From positions 1 through 27,092 of IMG/VR virus record IMGVR_UViG_3300020044_012869: a stretch of 27,092 nucleotides of DNA; one strand, given 5' to 3'. This document shows, one piece after another, positions 1 through 8,356 of the stretch. Origin of the DNA: a virus. Its lineage: Duplodnaviria > Caudoviricetes. The stretch's first letter is position 1. The number at the start of each line of letters is the position of its first letter. The position numbers and the translations under genes are program-made. The notes under the pieces were generated by a model. It made no database searches and was not told the DNA's origin. It saw only the letters and a program-made list of their open reading frames with translations.

Positions 1-121
1 CAGGCATGAGCGTTTCTGGTGTTAGCACTGTGTACTATGGCACATCTCTCAAGAATGCCGTGGAGATTGCTGACGTACCTGCGCGCATCGTCTCTGCAAT
101 CGGTATGCAGTCCAGTCGCAC
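1..121. repeat. Terminal direct repeat, left copy (circular assembly overlap)
   Basis: Bases 1-121 are identical to 26972-27092, and the repeat falls inside a CDS that reads through the junction. Confidence 0.97.
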
Positions 122-410
122 AAAGACGACGACTCTTGGTGGCAGTGGGCATGTCATGATGACCGAATGGACAATCACTGACGTCGCACTACTACGTCCA
201 GCAGGTATGGGATTGGGATTGCGAGACGTCGCTGTGACCATGGAAACGTACATGGCTGCCTACCATGATGCAGTGCGCACACTGGTCGCACCATCTTGGC
301 AGGTAATCGATGTACGATGCCGATCACAGATACTGGAATGGCCTCAGGCATCAGGTAGAAGCTATGACACAGTCATAGCGACAATTGTCATATCGGAAAT
401 TGTTCAATAA
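6..410 (+). CDS. Tail completion/terminator-like protein, 3' part; the true start is ATG 26935 across the circular junction (148 aa in total)
   Basis: ATG 26935 overlaps the adaptor stop (ATGA) and is in frame with ATG 6 (MSSQLVSIVASVAG-MSVSG...). It lies between the head-tail adaptor and the tail tube gene. Confidence 0.6.
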   Translation: MSVSGVSTVYYGTSLKNAVEIADVPARIVSAIGMQSSRTKTTTLGGSGHVMMTEWTITDVALLRPAGMGLGLRDVAVTMETYMAAYHDAVRTLVAPSWQVIDVRCRSQILEWPQASGRSYDTVIATIVISEIVQ

Positions 411-421
411 GGAGTAATACC

Positions 422-877
422 ATGGCACAAACGACCGCAGCCATCAATGGCATAGCATCAATCGTCAGCATCAAGGTGGCTTCTGGATCATACGTTGACA
501 TCTCTGGATCAACTCAGAGTGTTGACGCAGCCACAGCGACCGTCATGAATTCTGACACATACACACTCGACGGATCCTCAGCAATCATCTTGCTTGGGAA
601 GACTGAGCCGGTAGATGTGACTGTCAACATCCTCTATACCGAGGTGACGACCACAGAAGCATTCATGATTGTTAGTGCAGCTTTTGCTGCCAAGAGTGCA
701 GTGCAGATCAAATGGGCACCAAAAGGATCGGCATCTGGCGCAAACACGATTGAAACCAATGCGACTGGATACATCACATCGATGGATTATCCTGCAATCG
801 ACTCGACGTCTGCTGATGCAGTCATGGCATCATTCACTGTACGATGTCCAGGCATTACGTACACAGACGTAGCTTAA
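422..877 (+). CDS. Major tail (tube) protein
   Basis: Strong SD AAGGAG at 409-414. 151 aa, Ala/Ser/Thr-rich and beta-rich, with a C-terminal G-Y-I-T-S...A-S-F-T-V pattern. Sits upstream of the chaperones and tape measure. Confidence 0.8.
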   Translation: MAQTTAAINGIASIVSIKVASGSYVDISGSTQSVDAATATVMNSDTYTLDGSSAIILLGKTEPVDVTVNILYTEVTTTEAFMIVSAAFAAKSAVQIKWAPKGSASGANTIETNATGYITSMDYPAIDSTSADAVMASFTVRCPGITYTDVA

Positions 878-881
878 TTTG

Positions 882-915
882 GGTGTGCAGTCTTTGTGGG
901 GAAAGACTGCATGCC
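882..915 (+). promoter_or_regulatory. Stem-loop after the tail tube gene (attenuator or mRNA-stabilising hairpin)
   Basis: TGCAGTCTTT (886-895) pairs with AAAGACTGCA (902-911), extended by G.U pairs to 882/915; loop GTGGGG. Confidence 0.6.
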
Positions 916-956
916 AATCTCTTCCCCACACATTTTTCTGATTGGAGCATCCCCAC

Positions 957-1163
957 ATGCAATACGTAATTGACGACAACAAACTGACCATTGGCGATCT
1001 CATCAAACTGCAATCCGCAAAAGACGATATTGCCAGCATGGTCACAATCCTGAGGAAATGCGTAGACGTAGAGAATGGTAGTTTTGAAGACATTCCTGCA
1101 AAGCATTTTCCAAAGATTGTGCGAGAGATTCTCGCTTCTCTGAATCCATCAATGGGAAACTAA
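957..1163 (+). CDS. Tail assembly chaperone (gpG-like)
   Basis: GGAG SD at 944-947 before ATG 957. Lies between tail tube and tape measure and ends on a slippery G GGA AAC TAA. Confidence 0.8.
   Translation: MQYVIDDNKLTIGDLIKLQSAKDDIASMVTILRKCVDVENGSFEDIPAKHFPKIVREILASLNPSMGN
1154..1160 (+). promoter_or_regulatory. -1 programmed ribosomal frameshift site G GGA AAC
   Basis: X XXY YYZ heptamer immediately before the gpG stop. The -1 frame (GGG AAA CTA AAG GTG...) is open and continuous with ORF 1166-1354. Confidence 0.85.
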
Positions 1164-1165
1164 AG

Positions 1166-1354
1166 GTGGCGCTCATGTCGCATCTATGGACTGGCGATGT
1201 GGCGCCATTGGAATACATTAGACTGGTCATGTGTCGAGATGTCTATCACTGCACACCAACAGAATTGGATGCAGTGCCATGGCAAACGATTCAGCAGGAT
1301 TTGCTGATGATGAGCGTGGAGCGCACAGTGCAACAGCGACGGAGTAAGAAGTAA
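1166..1354 (+). CDS. Tail assembly chaperone, frameshifted extension (gpT-like part of gpGT)
   Basis: In the -1 frame of the upstream chaperone. Contains 'YHCTPTELDAVP', typical of gpT-type regions, and its stop overlaps the tape measure ATG. Confidence 0.8.
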   Translation: MALMSHLWTGDVAPLEYIRLVMCRDVYHCTPTELDAVPWQTIQQDLLMMSVERTVQQRRSKK

Positions 1355-3195
1355 TGGCAGAAGAGACTGTCTTAATTCGATTCAAATCCGAAGATGATGC
1401 CACAAAAACGACCAAAGCAGTCAATGATGGTCTCGACGATGTCAGCAAAAATGCTGGCAAAGCGGGATCATCATTCTCTGGCATGGGATCGGTCATGACT
1501 GGAGTCTTGCAAGGGATCGGCCAAGGTCTTGTCGGATTGGCTGCGGATATAGGAAAAAAGGCATTAGGCGCAGTCACAGATTTCATTGGAGGAAGCATCG
1601 AAGAAGCTTCTGCATGGAATTCAGTGATGGCGCAGACAGAAGCTGTGATTGCTTCGACTGGTGGCGCAGCTGGATTGACTGCAAAAGAAATGGCAGAAAT
1701 GGCTTCTGCCATGAGCGCGTCTGCTGGCCAGTCTCTCTTCTCAGACGACGCGATTCTTGGTGCGCAGAATGTTCTCGCGACATTCACAAACATCAAGGGA
1801 GAAAACTTCGGATCAGCGACACAGTCAATCCTCGACATGTCTCAGGCATTAGGCATTGATTTGGATTCTGCAGCGATGCAGGTAGGTAAAGCGCTCAATG
1901 ATCCTGTCGCTGGCTTGGCTGCATTGAGTCGAAGTGGTGTGCAGTTTACTGCTGACCAAGAAGCCATGATTAAAGCCATGGTCGAAGCAGGCAATGTTGC
2001 TGGCGCGCAAGAAATCATGATGGCTGAGCTGAATACGCAGTTTGGTGGCAGTGCATCAGCAGCTGTTGACACCTATGCTGGACAGCAGGTCGTGCTAAAA
2101 GAGAAATTTGCTGACGTACAGCAAGGCCTTGGAGAAGCATTGATGCCAATCCTCATGGAGTTTGGCGCATTCATGGCAGATACTGTGGTGCCAATCATCG
2201 CAGATGTCGTTGAATCGTTGTCTGGATGGATTACTTCGATGCAAGAAACTGGTACGACGTCAGGTGTCTTTGACACGATTCGCAATGCTATCGCAGGTAT
2301 ACCGAGTGTGCTGGCTACGCTCAGCACAGGTCTTGCGACAGTAATGGTCTTCCTGCAGCCATTGACAGACGCAATAACGACGTTTGGTACTGTCTTTGTG
2401 ACTGCCATGACCAGTGCAGGCAGTGCAATCACTCAATACTTGGCTTCTCCAGTGATGCAAGGATATCTTGAGGCATTAACGACTCAGCTTGGAGCATTGG
2501 CAACATTGGTGCGCGACGTTTTGGTGTTGGCATTCCAAGGCATGACGATTGCATGGCAGTTATTGAGCGATGGCTTTACTATTGCATGGCCGTATATCAA
2601 AGTAGTGCTGGACGCGTTTTATTCACTGATAACCATCGGTATGGAAACGACGACTGGCATTTTGACTGCATTGTCACAACTGGTTAAAGGCGATTTCCAA
2701 GGTGCATGGACAACGTTGAAGACAACACTCGACACGACCATAAAAGACATCACTGGATTCTTTACAACACTGGAAACCAAAGTTAAAGGTGTTCTCGATA
2801 CAATGATGTCGAAGTTTACAGAGGTTGGCACCAATATCGCGACTGGCATCGCCAATGGCATCACTGATGCAGCAGGAAAGATCGCCACAGCAGCAAAAAA
2901 CGCAGCGAGTGAAGCATACGAAGCAGCGAAAGATTTCCTTGGAATGGAATCTCCATCAAAACTGATGCGCGACAAAGTAGGTGTGAATTTCTCCAAAGGC
3001 ATGGCAGAAGGAATTGCCAAAGGCACACCAGATGTGGTTAGTGCATCAAGGGCAACAGCATCAATCGCAGCAGAGACTGGTGCATCGATAATCAACAACT
3101 ACACATTCAGTGCATCGTATGCCAACACACAGAGTGAGTCGTCATTGATCGCAGATACGCAAGCAATGATGATGACATTGGGAGCTTCAGCATGA
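1354..3195 (+). CDS. Tape measure protein
   Basis: 613 aa, Ala/Gly-rich helical. Has GKALNDP...LSRSGVQF, periodic Trp/Phe repeats and the C-terminal LGMESPSKLM motif. Confidence 0.93.
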   Translation: MAEETVLIRFKSEDDATKTTKAVNDGLDDVSKNAGKAGSSFSGMGSVMTGVLQGIGQGLVGLAADIGKKALGAVTDFIGGSIEEASAWNSVMAQTEAVIASTGGAAGLTAKEMAEMASAMSASAGQSLFSDDAILGAQNVLATFTNIKGENFGSATQSILDMSQALGIDLDSAAMQVGKALNDPVAGLAALSRSGVQFTADQEAMIKAMVEAGNVAGAQEIMMAELNTQFGGSASAAVDTYAGQQVVLKEKFADVQQGLGEALMPILMEFGAFMADTVVPIIADVVESLSGWITSMQETGTTSGVFDTIRNAIAGIPSVLATLSTGLATVMVFLQPLTDAITTFGTVFVTAMTSAGSAITQYLASPVMQGYLEALTTQLGALATLVRDVLVLAFQGMTIAWQLLSDGFTIAWPYIKVVLDAFYSLITIGMETTTGILTALSQLVKGDFQGAWTTLKTTLDTTIKDITGFFTTLETKVKGVLDTMMSKFTEVGTNIATGIANGITDAAGKIATAAKNAASEAYEAAKDFLGMESPSKLMRDKVGVNFSKGMAEGIAKGTPDVVSASRATASIAAETGASIINNYTFSASYANTQSESSLIADTQAMMMTLGASA

Positions 3196-4100
3196 TACTG
3201 GAATTTATACGAAACAATAAGACGTATTCACTCAATACTGCTGTGGCACGCGCAGGTGATGTTGATTATCCGATGTATCTAGTGGGCACTGTCGGATTTG
3301 GTCTATCGCCAGCACATCATCTGACACAGCGAGGCCCTTTCCAGCAAGGTGATAGCTACATCGGATTGCGTCTTGATCCTCGCATCATTACACTGCCATT
3401 GGTCGTCGTTGCGACGTCTCCAGAAGACTCTTTCAGCAAACGCGCAAAACTGGCTTCGCTGTTTCGTATGAGTGATGATGTGGTGACTGTGCGCATGTCT
3501 TGGACAGACTCGACAGGTACATATGATCGAAGCATTCAAGGCCGTGTTCTTGGTCAGCTCAGTTTTGATACAGATGCAAAATACGAGACCATACGCACGA
3601 CAGTACAAATACGATGCAATGATCCGACATGGTACGATTCTACGCAATCAACTGCAATCCTGACATCTACTCTTTTTGGCACACCTACACTCTATCCAAA
3701 ACCGTATCCTGTGTTATATGGATCAGCAGTCGTTGACAAAAGCACTACCATTAATTATGCTGGCACATGGGATTCTTATCCTATAATCCAAGTAACAGGC
3801 CCAGCAACGAATCTGGTCATTACTGATACGCTCAATCATGCCATCAATTTCTATGATCCAATACCTGCTGGAGAATTGTGGACGATTAATCTAAGCTATG
3901 GGATTTATACGGTTTATGACCAATCTGGAAACAATCGTTTTTCAGCATTAGCCAGTATAACGAATCTTGTCGATTGGAGAGTGTATGCGGAATCTGATCT
4001 TGTACCAAATGGCGTGAATGTCATCAGTGTGTCTGCGACAGGCACTGATGCAAATTCAAATGTGACCATGTACTACACTGCAAGATATATAGGAGTATAA
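3192..4100 (+). CDS. Distal tail protein (Dit-like)
   Basis: Directly follows the tape measure. Motifs QRGPFQQGD, RLDPRIITL, CNDPTWY, NYAGTWDSYPII.V.GP, GVNVI. Confidence 0.8.
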   Translation: MILEFIRNNKTYSLNTAVARAGDVDYPMYLVGTVGFGLSPAHHLTQRGPFQQGDSYIGLRLDPRIITLPLVVVATSPEDSFSKRAKLASLFRMSDDVVTVRMSWTDSTGTYDRSIQGRVLGQLSFDTDAKYETIRTTVQIRCNDPTWYDSTQSTAILTSTLFGTPTLYPKPYPVLYGSAVVDKSTTINYAGTWDSYPIIQVTGPATNLVITDTLNHAINFYDPIPAGELWTINLSYGIYTVYDQSGNNRFSALASITNLVDWRVYAESDLVPNGVNVISVSATGTDANSNVTMYYTARYIGV

Positions 4101-4104
4101 AACA

Positions 4105-5022
4105 ATGGCTGAGCAATCAATCGGAATGGCTTCTGGAGCTGGTGATGGTACAGTCGGTGGCTATACTGCAGATCGCATGCGAAGCATGGAGCTTAGCACA
4201 TTCAGTGAAGGTGTTCTGCAAAACAACGATGGCACAGCAGCATTTGTATTAGGTGGAGCTACGACAAATGCACTGACCATTGGCGCAGGCAATGCGATTG
4301 TCAATGGATGGTTTTACCAGAACACCACATCCGCATCTATCAGCGTAGCGACTGGCGTACCAAACGCGACATATAATCTCGTCATTGTCGCCAACAATTC
4401 TGCACTGACACCAGCAGTCACAAAAACTGCTTCTGGCACTGCCACAATTCCTGTATATAGTGTGCGTATGGCATTGGCAACGACAGCACAGATAACCACA
4501 ATTACTGGAGCAGGCCAAGCGGTCTTCACACTCGCCAGCAGTGTTGTGATTACTGGTGGACTAGTCACATCATTTAGCATGGACATCAATAATATTTATT
4601 CTATTGCGCGAAACACTCCATATCAGACTGGCGAAGTTATTACTGGCGGCAGTGCCACACTAACAACAGCATCAGCATTATATGATCTTGTGAATTACAG
4701 TACTGGAGCTTCGACTACTGACGGCATACTCACAGTGAATCTAACCACAGGAGTGATTACTGTAAATAGAGAAGGCTGGTATAACATTGCATGTCAAGTT
4801 AGATTCAACTCAGGTACTACGTCATGGCGAAGACTGCAGATAGTTATTAGTGGTGCCTCAATTTGGCGATCTGATGTGGCATCATCTGGCGCAGTCAACC
4901 ATTTTGCGCAAATCGCAGGATTATCATATCTTAATGCTGGTGATACTGTAAAGGTGCAAGCATCAAGCGGATTGGCTGCGCAAACTGTCGATTCAGCGCG
5001 TTTTACTATTACATTGGTATAA
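4105..5022 (+). CDS. Minor tail/baseplate or receptor-binding protein with C-terminal C1q/TNF-like beta domain
   Basis: Thr/Ala/Gly-rich. N-terminal 'IGAGNAIVNGWFY' baseplate-type motif and C-terminal 'ITVNREGWYNI...LNAGDTVKV'. Confidence 0.65.
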   Translation: MAEQSIGMASGAGDGTVGGYTADRMRSMELSTFSEGVLQNNDGTAAFVLGGATTNALTIGAGNAIVNGWFYQNTTSASISVATGVPNATYNLVIVANNSALTPAVTKTASGTATIPVYSVRMALATTAQITTITGAGQAVFTLASSVVITGGLVTSFSMDINNIYSIARNTPYQTGEVITGGSATLTTASALYDLVNYSTGASTTDGILTVNLTTGVITVNREGWYNIACQVRFNSGTTSWRRLQIVISGASIWRSDVASSGAVNHFAQIAGLSYLNAGDTVKVQASSGLAAQTVDSARFTITLV

Positions 5023-5024
5023 CC

Positions 5025-6188
5025 ATGGCAACATCTATCACTATCACTCTCTATGACAGCACAGGTACAGCACTGGCAGTGCTTACGCCATTAGCATGGA
5101 GTACTGCCAGTAAAATAAACGATGTTGGTATTGCTACGATTCGTGTCAATAATCAGCAGTATGGCAATGAATTCATTACTTTTGGCATGTATGTCGGTAT
5201 TGAGCGCAGTGATGTGGCAAACAACATGCCAGAATATACTGAGTTTTTTGGCATGATTCGCAAGGTGATTGTGACACAATCTGAGAGATCAGTCATAGAC
5301 ATCATTGCCATGGATGGGATGCACATTCTTAGAGACAGGATTGTGGCATGGTATCCAGATATGGATGGCTATAGCAATTTTTCTTCTGCTACCTATCCAA
5401 AGGCATCGAGTGTGCTGGCAAGACTATGGGATACCAACATCGGGAATCTTTCGTTTGTTCCTCCAGTCGTCTCAGCAAGTTTGACGCGCAGATATGGTGC
5501 GACTCTCGATAGATGGTCTGTTGGATATGTAACAGCAGCTGATCCGTTTGCATTTGACTACAACGTTGGTGATCCTGTTTCATACGCATGTAGTGGTGAA
5601 AACCTGTTGTCAGCAATGCAGAAAATCGCTGATGCAGGCAATATTGATTTTTGGGTAAATTTGTACATTCCATCAGGAGGATCTGGTATTTCTTTCTATG
5701 TATCTTACAGTTTAATATCGGCAGTGCATCGCGGAGTAGATCGCACTAGCACTGTGCGCATGAGTCAAGGCAACAACACACTAGGAACACTGCAGCAAAC
5801 TGTTGATATCATGAATTCTCCGTCTTACATCATTGCAAATGGCACAGGAAAAAAGAAAGGCCGAATACAAGGCAGATTTCCTGCGACTGCACCTACAGAA
5901 ACCGATTTGCGAGAAGCATTCGTCAATGGTGGATCAAATGTGACAGTCGGTCAGCTCAATGTTGTTGCTAATCGTCGATATCGAGAAGAACAACGAAAAA
6001 TCATTAGCTTCAACATTGAAGTTTTGCAAAGCGCTGTGTATCGATATGGTCGAGATTACTTCATTGGCGATTTAGTCACAGTGTTGTATAACGATTCATC
6101 TACATTGACGCGCAAAATTTATGCTGTCACACTGGCTATGAATCAAGACGGAAATGAAGAGGTGCAAATTGACTTGGTTTCAATCTAA
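5025..6188 (+). CDS. Tail hub/Tal-like minor tail protein (siphovirus Gp37-like)
   Basis: 387 aa. Motifs 'INDVGIATI', 'LRDRIVAW', 'DLREAFV', 'YRYGRDYFIGDLVTV'. Confidence 0.7.
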   Translation: MATSITITLYDSTGTALAVLTPLAWSTASKINDVGIATIRVNNQQYGNEFITFGMYVGIERSDVANNMPEYTEFFGMIRKVIVTQSERSVIDIIAMDGMHILRDRIVAWYPDMDGYSNFSSATYPKASSVLARLWDTNIGNLSFVPPVVSASLTRRYGATLDRWSVGYVTAADPFAFDYNVGDPVSYACSGENLLSAMQKIADAGNIDFWVNLYIPSGGSGISFYVSYSLISAVHRGVDRTSTVRMSQGNNTLGTLQQTVDIMNSPSYIIANGTGKKKGRIQGRFPATAPTETDLREAFVNGGSNVTVGQLNVVANRRYREEQRKIISFNIEVLQSAVYRYGRDYFIGDLVTVLYNDSSTLTRKIYAVTLAMNQDGNEEVQIDLVSI

Positions 6189-6639
6189 TGACCAGCAACA
6201 AATGCAGACTCGTCTTCTAAACCTTGAAAGGTTTGAAAGCTCAACATATCTTTCCCTTACAAGAACAGCAACACTAAACATTACGACTGCTGGAGTCGTT
6301 GTCACATGGCAGAGTGAGATTGAAAATGTTGGTCAGTGGACATGGTCAGCAACAACAATCACAGTGCCGATTGCTGGCTATTATGCCGTCACTGTTATTG
6401 GATCGCTGGCCATACGCGACAATATCCATGGCGATTTGCGTGTGAATTCTATTGAAGTTTGTTCAATGGGCACTGGTGCGCAGAAAGATGTGAAGTTCAT
6501 GCACACCGTCTGCCGATTCTTCAAAGCTGGTGATGTTGTGCAGTATCGCGCAACAACGACGACTGGCACACATACGCTCCAAGCGATCACTGAAGATGTT
6601 GCCAGTGAATCGCCAATCTTTCACATGGTGATGATATGA
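6169..6639 (+). CDS. Second minor tail/receptor-binding protein, C1q/TNF-like
   Basis: TTG 6169 follows SD GAGGTG (ATG 6154 is an alternative start). Short N-terminal coiled coil 'RLLNLER', then 'ITVPIAGYYAV...FKAGDVVQ'. Confidence 0.6.
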   Translation: MTWFQSNDQQQMQTRLLNLERFESSTYLSLTRTATLNITTAGVVVTWQSEIENVGQWTWSATTITVPIAGYYAVTVIGSLAIRDNIHGDLRVNSIEVCSMGTGAQKDVKFMHTVCRFFKAGDVVQYRATTTTGTHTLQAITEDVASESPIFHMVMI

Positions 6640-6938
6640 TTTATCGCATCTTCATGCCTGACAGTATCGAATTTCAATTTTGGGATGACGAAGGAAATCG
6701 ATACGACGCAGTGCCAGAAGGCGAAATCGTCAGTGATAATCCATACACTGAAGATCAGGCAATGACTGCACTGCGACAGGTACGCAATCAGAAACTGGCA
6801 GACTGTGACTATACGCAGCTTCCTGATGTCGGATTGGATGCGCAGACTGTGGCAGCATGGCAGACGTATCGACAGTCACTGCGAGACATCACTGATGGCC
6901 TGATCTGGAATGTGACGACATGGCCAGAGAAACCGTAG
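6636..6938 (+). CDS. Tail fibre assembly chaperone
   Basis: Characteristic 'LRQVRNQKLADCDYTQLPD...WQTYRQSLRDI...WPEKP'. Confidence 0.8.
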   Translation: MIYRIFMPDSIEFQFWDDEGNRYDAVPEGEIVSDNPYTEDQAMTALRQVRNQKLADCDYTQLPDVGLDAQTVAAWQTYRQSLRDITDGLIWNVTTWPEKP

Positions 6939-6970
6939 TATAATTCTGGAATCACTGTGGTGTCCTACTC

Positions 6971-6999
6971 TTGGCAGAACTGCATCACAGTGATACAAT
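6971..6999 (+). promoter_or_regulatory. Sigma70-type promoter for a short non-coding transcript
   Basis: TTGGCA (6971-6976), 17 bp, TACAAT (6994-6999), with an extended TG at 6991-6992. Confidence 0.55.
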
Positions 7000-7005
7000 C
7001 TAGAT

Positions 7006-7086
7006 ATCGAAGCAGATCCTTTCCTGCGACGGTCATCTGCACCAATGCCACATTGCTTTTATTGCAATGTGGCATTGGTGTTTCTG
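7006..7086 (+). ncRNA. Candidate ~80-nt small RNA
   Basis: Lies between the promoter above and a strong terminator hairpin and has no plausible ORF. Stem GCAGAT/ATCTGC carries a CCTTTCC-containing loop. Confidence 0.4.
7040..7086 (+). terminator. Intrinsic terminator-like hairpin, possibly bidirectional
   Basis: Perfect 17-bp inverted repeat CACCAATGCCACATTGC (7040-7056) / GCAATGTGGCATTGGTG (7064-7080), followed by TTTCT, at the end of the tail operon. Confidence 0.75.
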
Positions 7087-7251
7087 CTAGTTTCATCATG
7101 GACATCCATTACTGCAGGATAGATGCCAGTGATGACGATGCGCATCAAGCAGTGCGAACAGACGACCACGGATTACGATATCTAGTGATTGCCTAAATCG
7201 CATGTCATAATACCACATTCAAAACTCGTCGCAAATTGGTCAGAAAACCTA

Positions 7252-7280
7252 TTGACAGATGAATTGATATGCTATACAAT
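7252..7280 (+). promoter_or_regulatory. Strong early promoter P1
   Basis: TTGACA (7252-7257), 17 bp, TACAAT (7275-7280). Near-duplicate at 10032. Confidence 0.85.
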
Positions 7281-7318
7281 TGAATCAGGTAAGACAGACG
7301 ACACGAAAGGCAACGACC

Positions 7319-7483
7319 ATGAAGACCAAGATGACCAAAGCCCAAATCCGCATGGCACTGAACATGGCAACACGCGCAGACTGGTATCTCGAATTCGCAT
7401 ACAAGGTGTCTCGCGACAAAGGCAACACGTCTGCCATGGCGATCATTGGCGCAGAAATGGCACGTCGAGGAATCAGCATCTAA
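7319..7483 (+). CDS. Small early protein, cassette ORF 1 (54 aa)
   Basis: RBS GAAAGGCAACGACC-ATG resembles the repeat RBS. Its TAA is the first 3 nt of repeat unit 1. Confidence 0.8.
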   Translation: MKTKMTKAQIRMALNMATRADWYLEFAYKVSRDKGNTSAMAIIGAEMARRGISI

Positions 7484-7539
7484 GACTCGCAAGCAATGGT
7501 GCCAGTGCAGTGCTGGCACCACACAGAAAGGAAACGAAC
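7481..7539 (+). repeat. 59-bp intergenic repeat unit 1 (stop-hairpin-RBS)
   Basis: TAAGACTCGCAAGCAATGGTGCCAGTGCAGTGCTGGCACCACACAGAAAGGAAACGAAC, then ATG. Confidence 0.95.
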
Positions 7540-7818
7540 ATGACGACCAAGACCAACACAATTAGCCATGAATTCATCACTGGACACATTCTTGGGAAAA
7601 GCGACGAGATGTACTGGATTGAGGTTTCGACGATTATGGCAAAACGTGTTCGCGCAGGCATTCCGTCAGCAATGATGTCGATTGCGCGCATGATTGCCAA
7701 GCAGGCAGGTTTGAAAGGTGTTGCTCGAGGTGTGCAGAATCGCCAGATCCAATTCACAAAACATGATCGTCGGTTTGGTGGCGAACACATCTGTGGAACA
7801 ATCGTTGTGATTGGCTAA
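7540..7818 (+). CDS. Small early protein, cassette ORF 2 (92 aa, MTTKTNT...)
   Basis: ATG immediately after repeat 1; the stop begins repeat 2. Confidence 0.85.
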   Translation: MTTKTNTISHEFITGHILGKSDEMYWIEVSTIMAKRVRAGIPSAMMSIARMIAKQAGLKGVARGVQNRQIQFTKHDRRFGGEHICGTIVVIG

Positions 7819-7874
7819 AACTCGCAAGCAATGGCGCCAGCACAGTGCTGGCGCCACACAGAAAGGAAACGACC
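7816..7874 (+). repeat. 59-bp intergenic repeat unit 2
   Basis: TAAAACTCGCAAGCAATGGCGCCAGCACAGTGCTGGCGCCACACAGAAAGGAAACGACC, then ATG. Confidence 0.95.
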
Positions 7875-8081
7875 ATGGATCCGAAATTGATGAAGATGGA
7901 GCCCAAACAGCCAGAAAACTTTACTGATCCCATGGTACGCATCGAGTATTACACTCTGCGAATTGAATGGGCACAAGCAGTAGAAAAGACTGCGACAATG
8001 CAAGGGAAGATGGCATGCAAGAGTGATATCAGTTATTCAGAAGCCATGATCCGGTTTGCAAAAGCCACACTGGAAGCATAA
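7875..8081 (+). CDS. Small early protein, cassette ORF 3 (68 aa, MDPKLMK...)
   Basis: ATG immediately after repeat 2; the stop begins repeat 3. Confidence 0.85.
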   Translation: MDPKLMKMEPKQPENFTDPMVRIEYYTLRIEWAQAVEKTATMQGKMACKSDISYSEAMIRFAKATLEA

Positions 8082-8137
8082 GACTCGCAAGCAATGGTGC
8101 CAGAACAGTGCTGGCACCACACAGAAAGGAAACGACC
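8079..8137 (+). repeat. 59-bp intergenic repeat unit 3
   Basis: TAAGACTCGCAAGCAATGGTGCCAGAACAGTGCTGGCACCACACAGAAAGGAAACGACC, then ATG. Confidence 0.95.
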
Positions 8138-8356
8138 ATGAAAAACCATCCATTCACTAAGACGAAGAATCCCATGACTGAAGCCATATACAATCGCGTC
8201 ATTATCAAGGATGCAGAGACCAGAGAAATCAAGATTGCATTTAATGGTTTGAACACGACCTATGCTGATTTCCAGTCAATCGTCAATCACTGGAAAGAAA
8301 AGCATCCAGACGAAAACGTCGTCGTTTGCTACATTGTCGGAGACGACACACTGTAG
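8138..8356 (+). CDS. Small early protein, cassette ORF 4 (72 aa, MKNHPFT...)
   Basis: ATG immediately after repeat 3; the stop begins repeat 4. Confidence 0.85.
   Translation: MKNHPFTKTKNPMTEAIYNRVIIKDAETREIKIAFNGLNTTYADFQSIVNHWKEKHPDENVVVCYIVGDDTL

Noticed and set aside
1-121. 121-bp terminal repeat as a biological direct terminal repeat
   Set aside because: It falls mid-gene and looks like a k-mer-sized overlap, so it is best explained as circular assembly overlap.
4105-6639. Diversity-generating retroelement acting on the tail adhesins
   Set aside because: There is no reverse transcriptase gene, and I saw no template/variable repeat pair.
6957-7196. 79-aa ORF across the structured intergenic region
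   Set aside because: It has no SD, runs through a 17-bp terminator hairpin and promoter motifs, and has no protein-like features.
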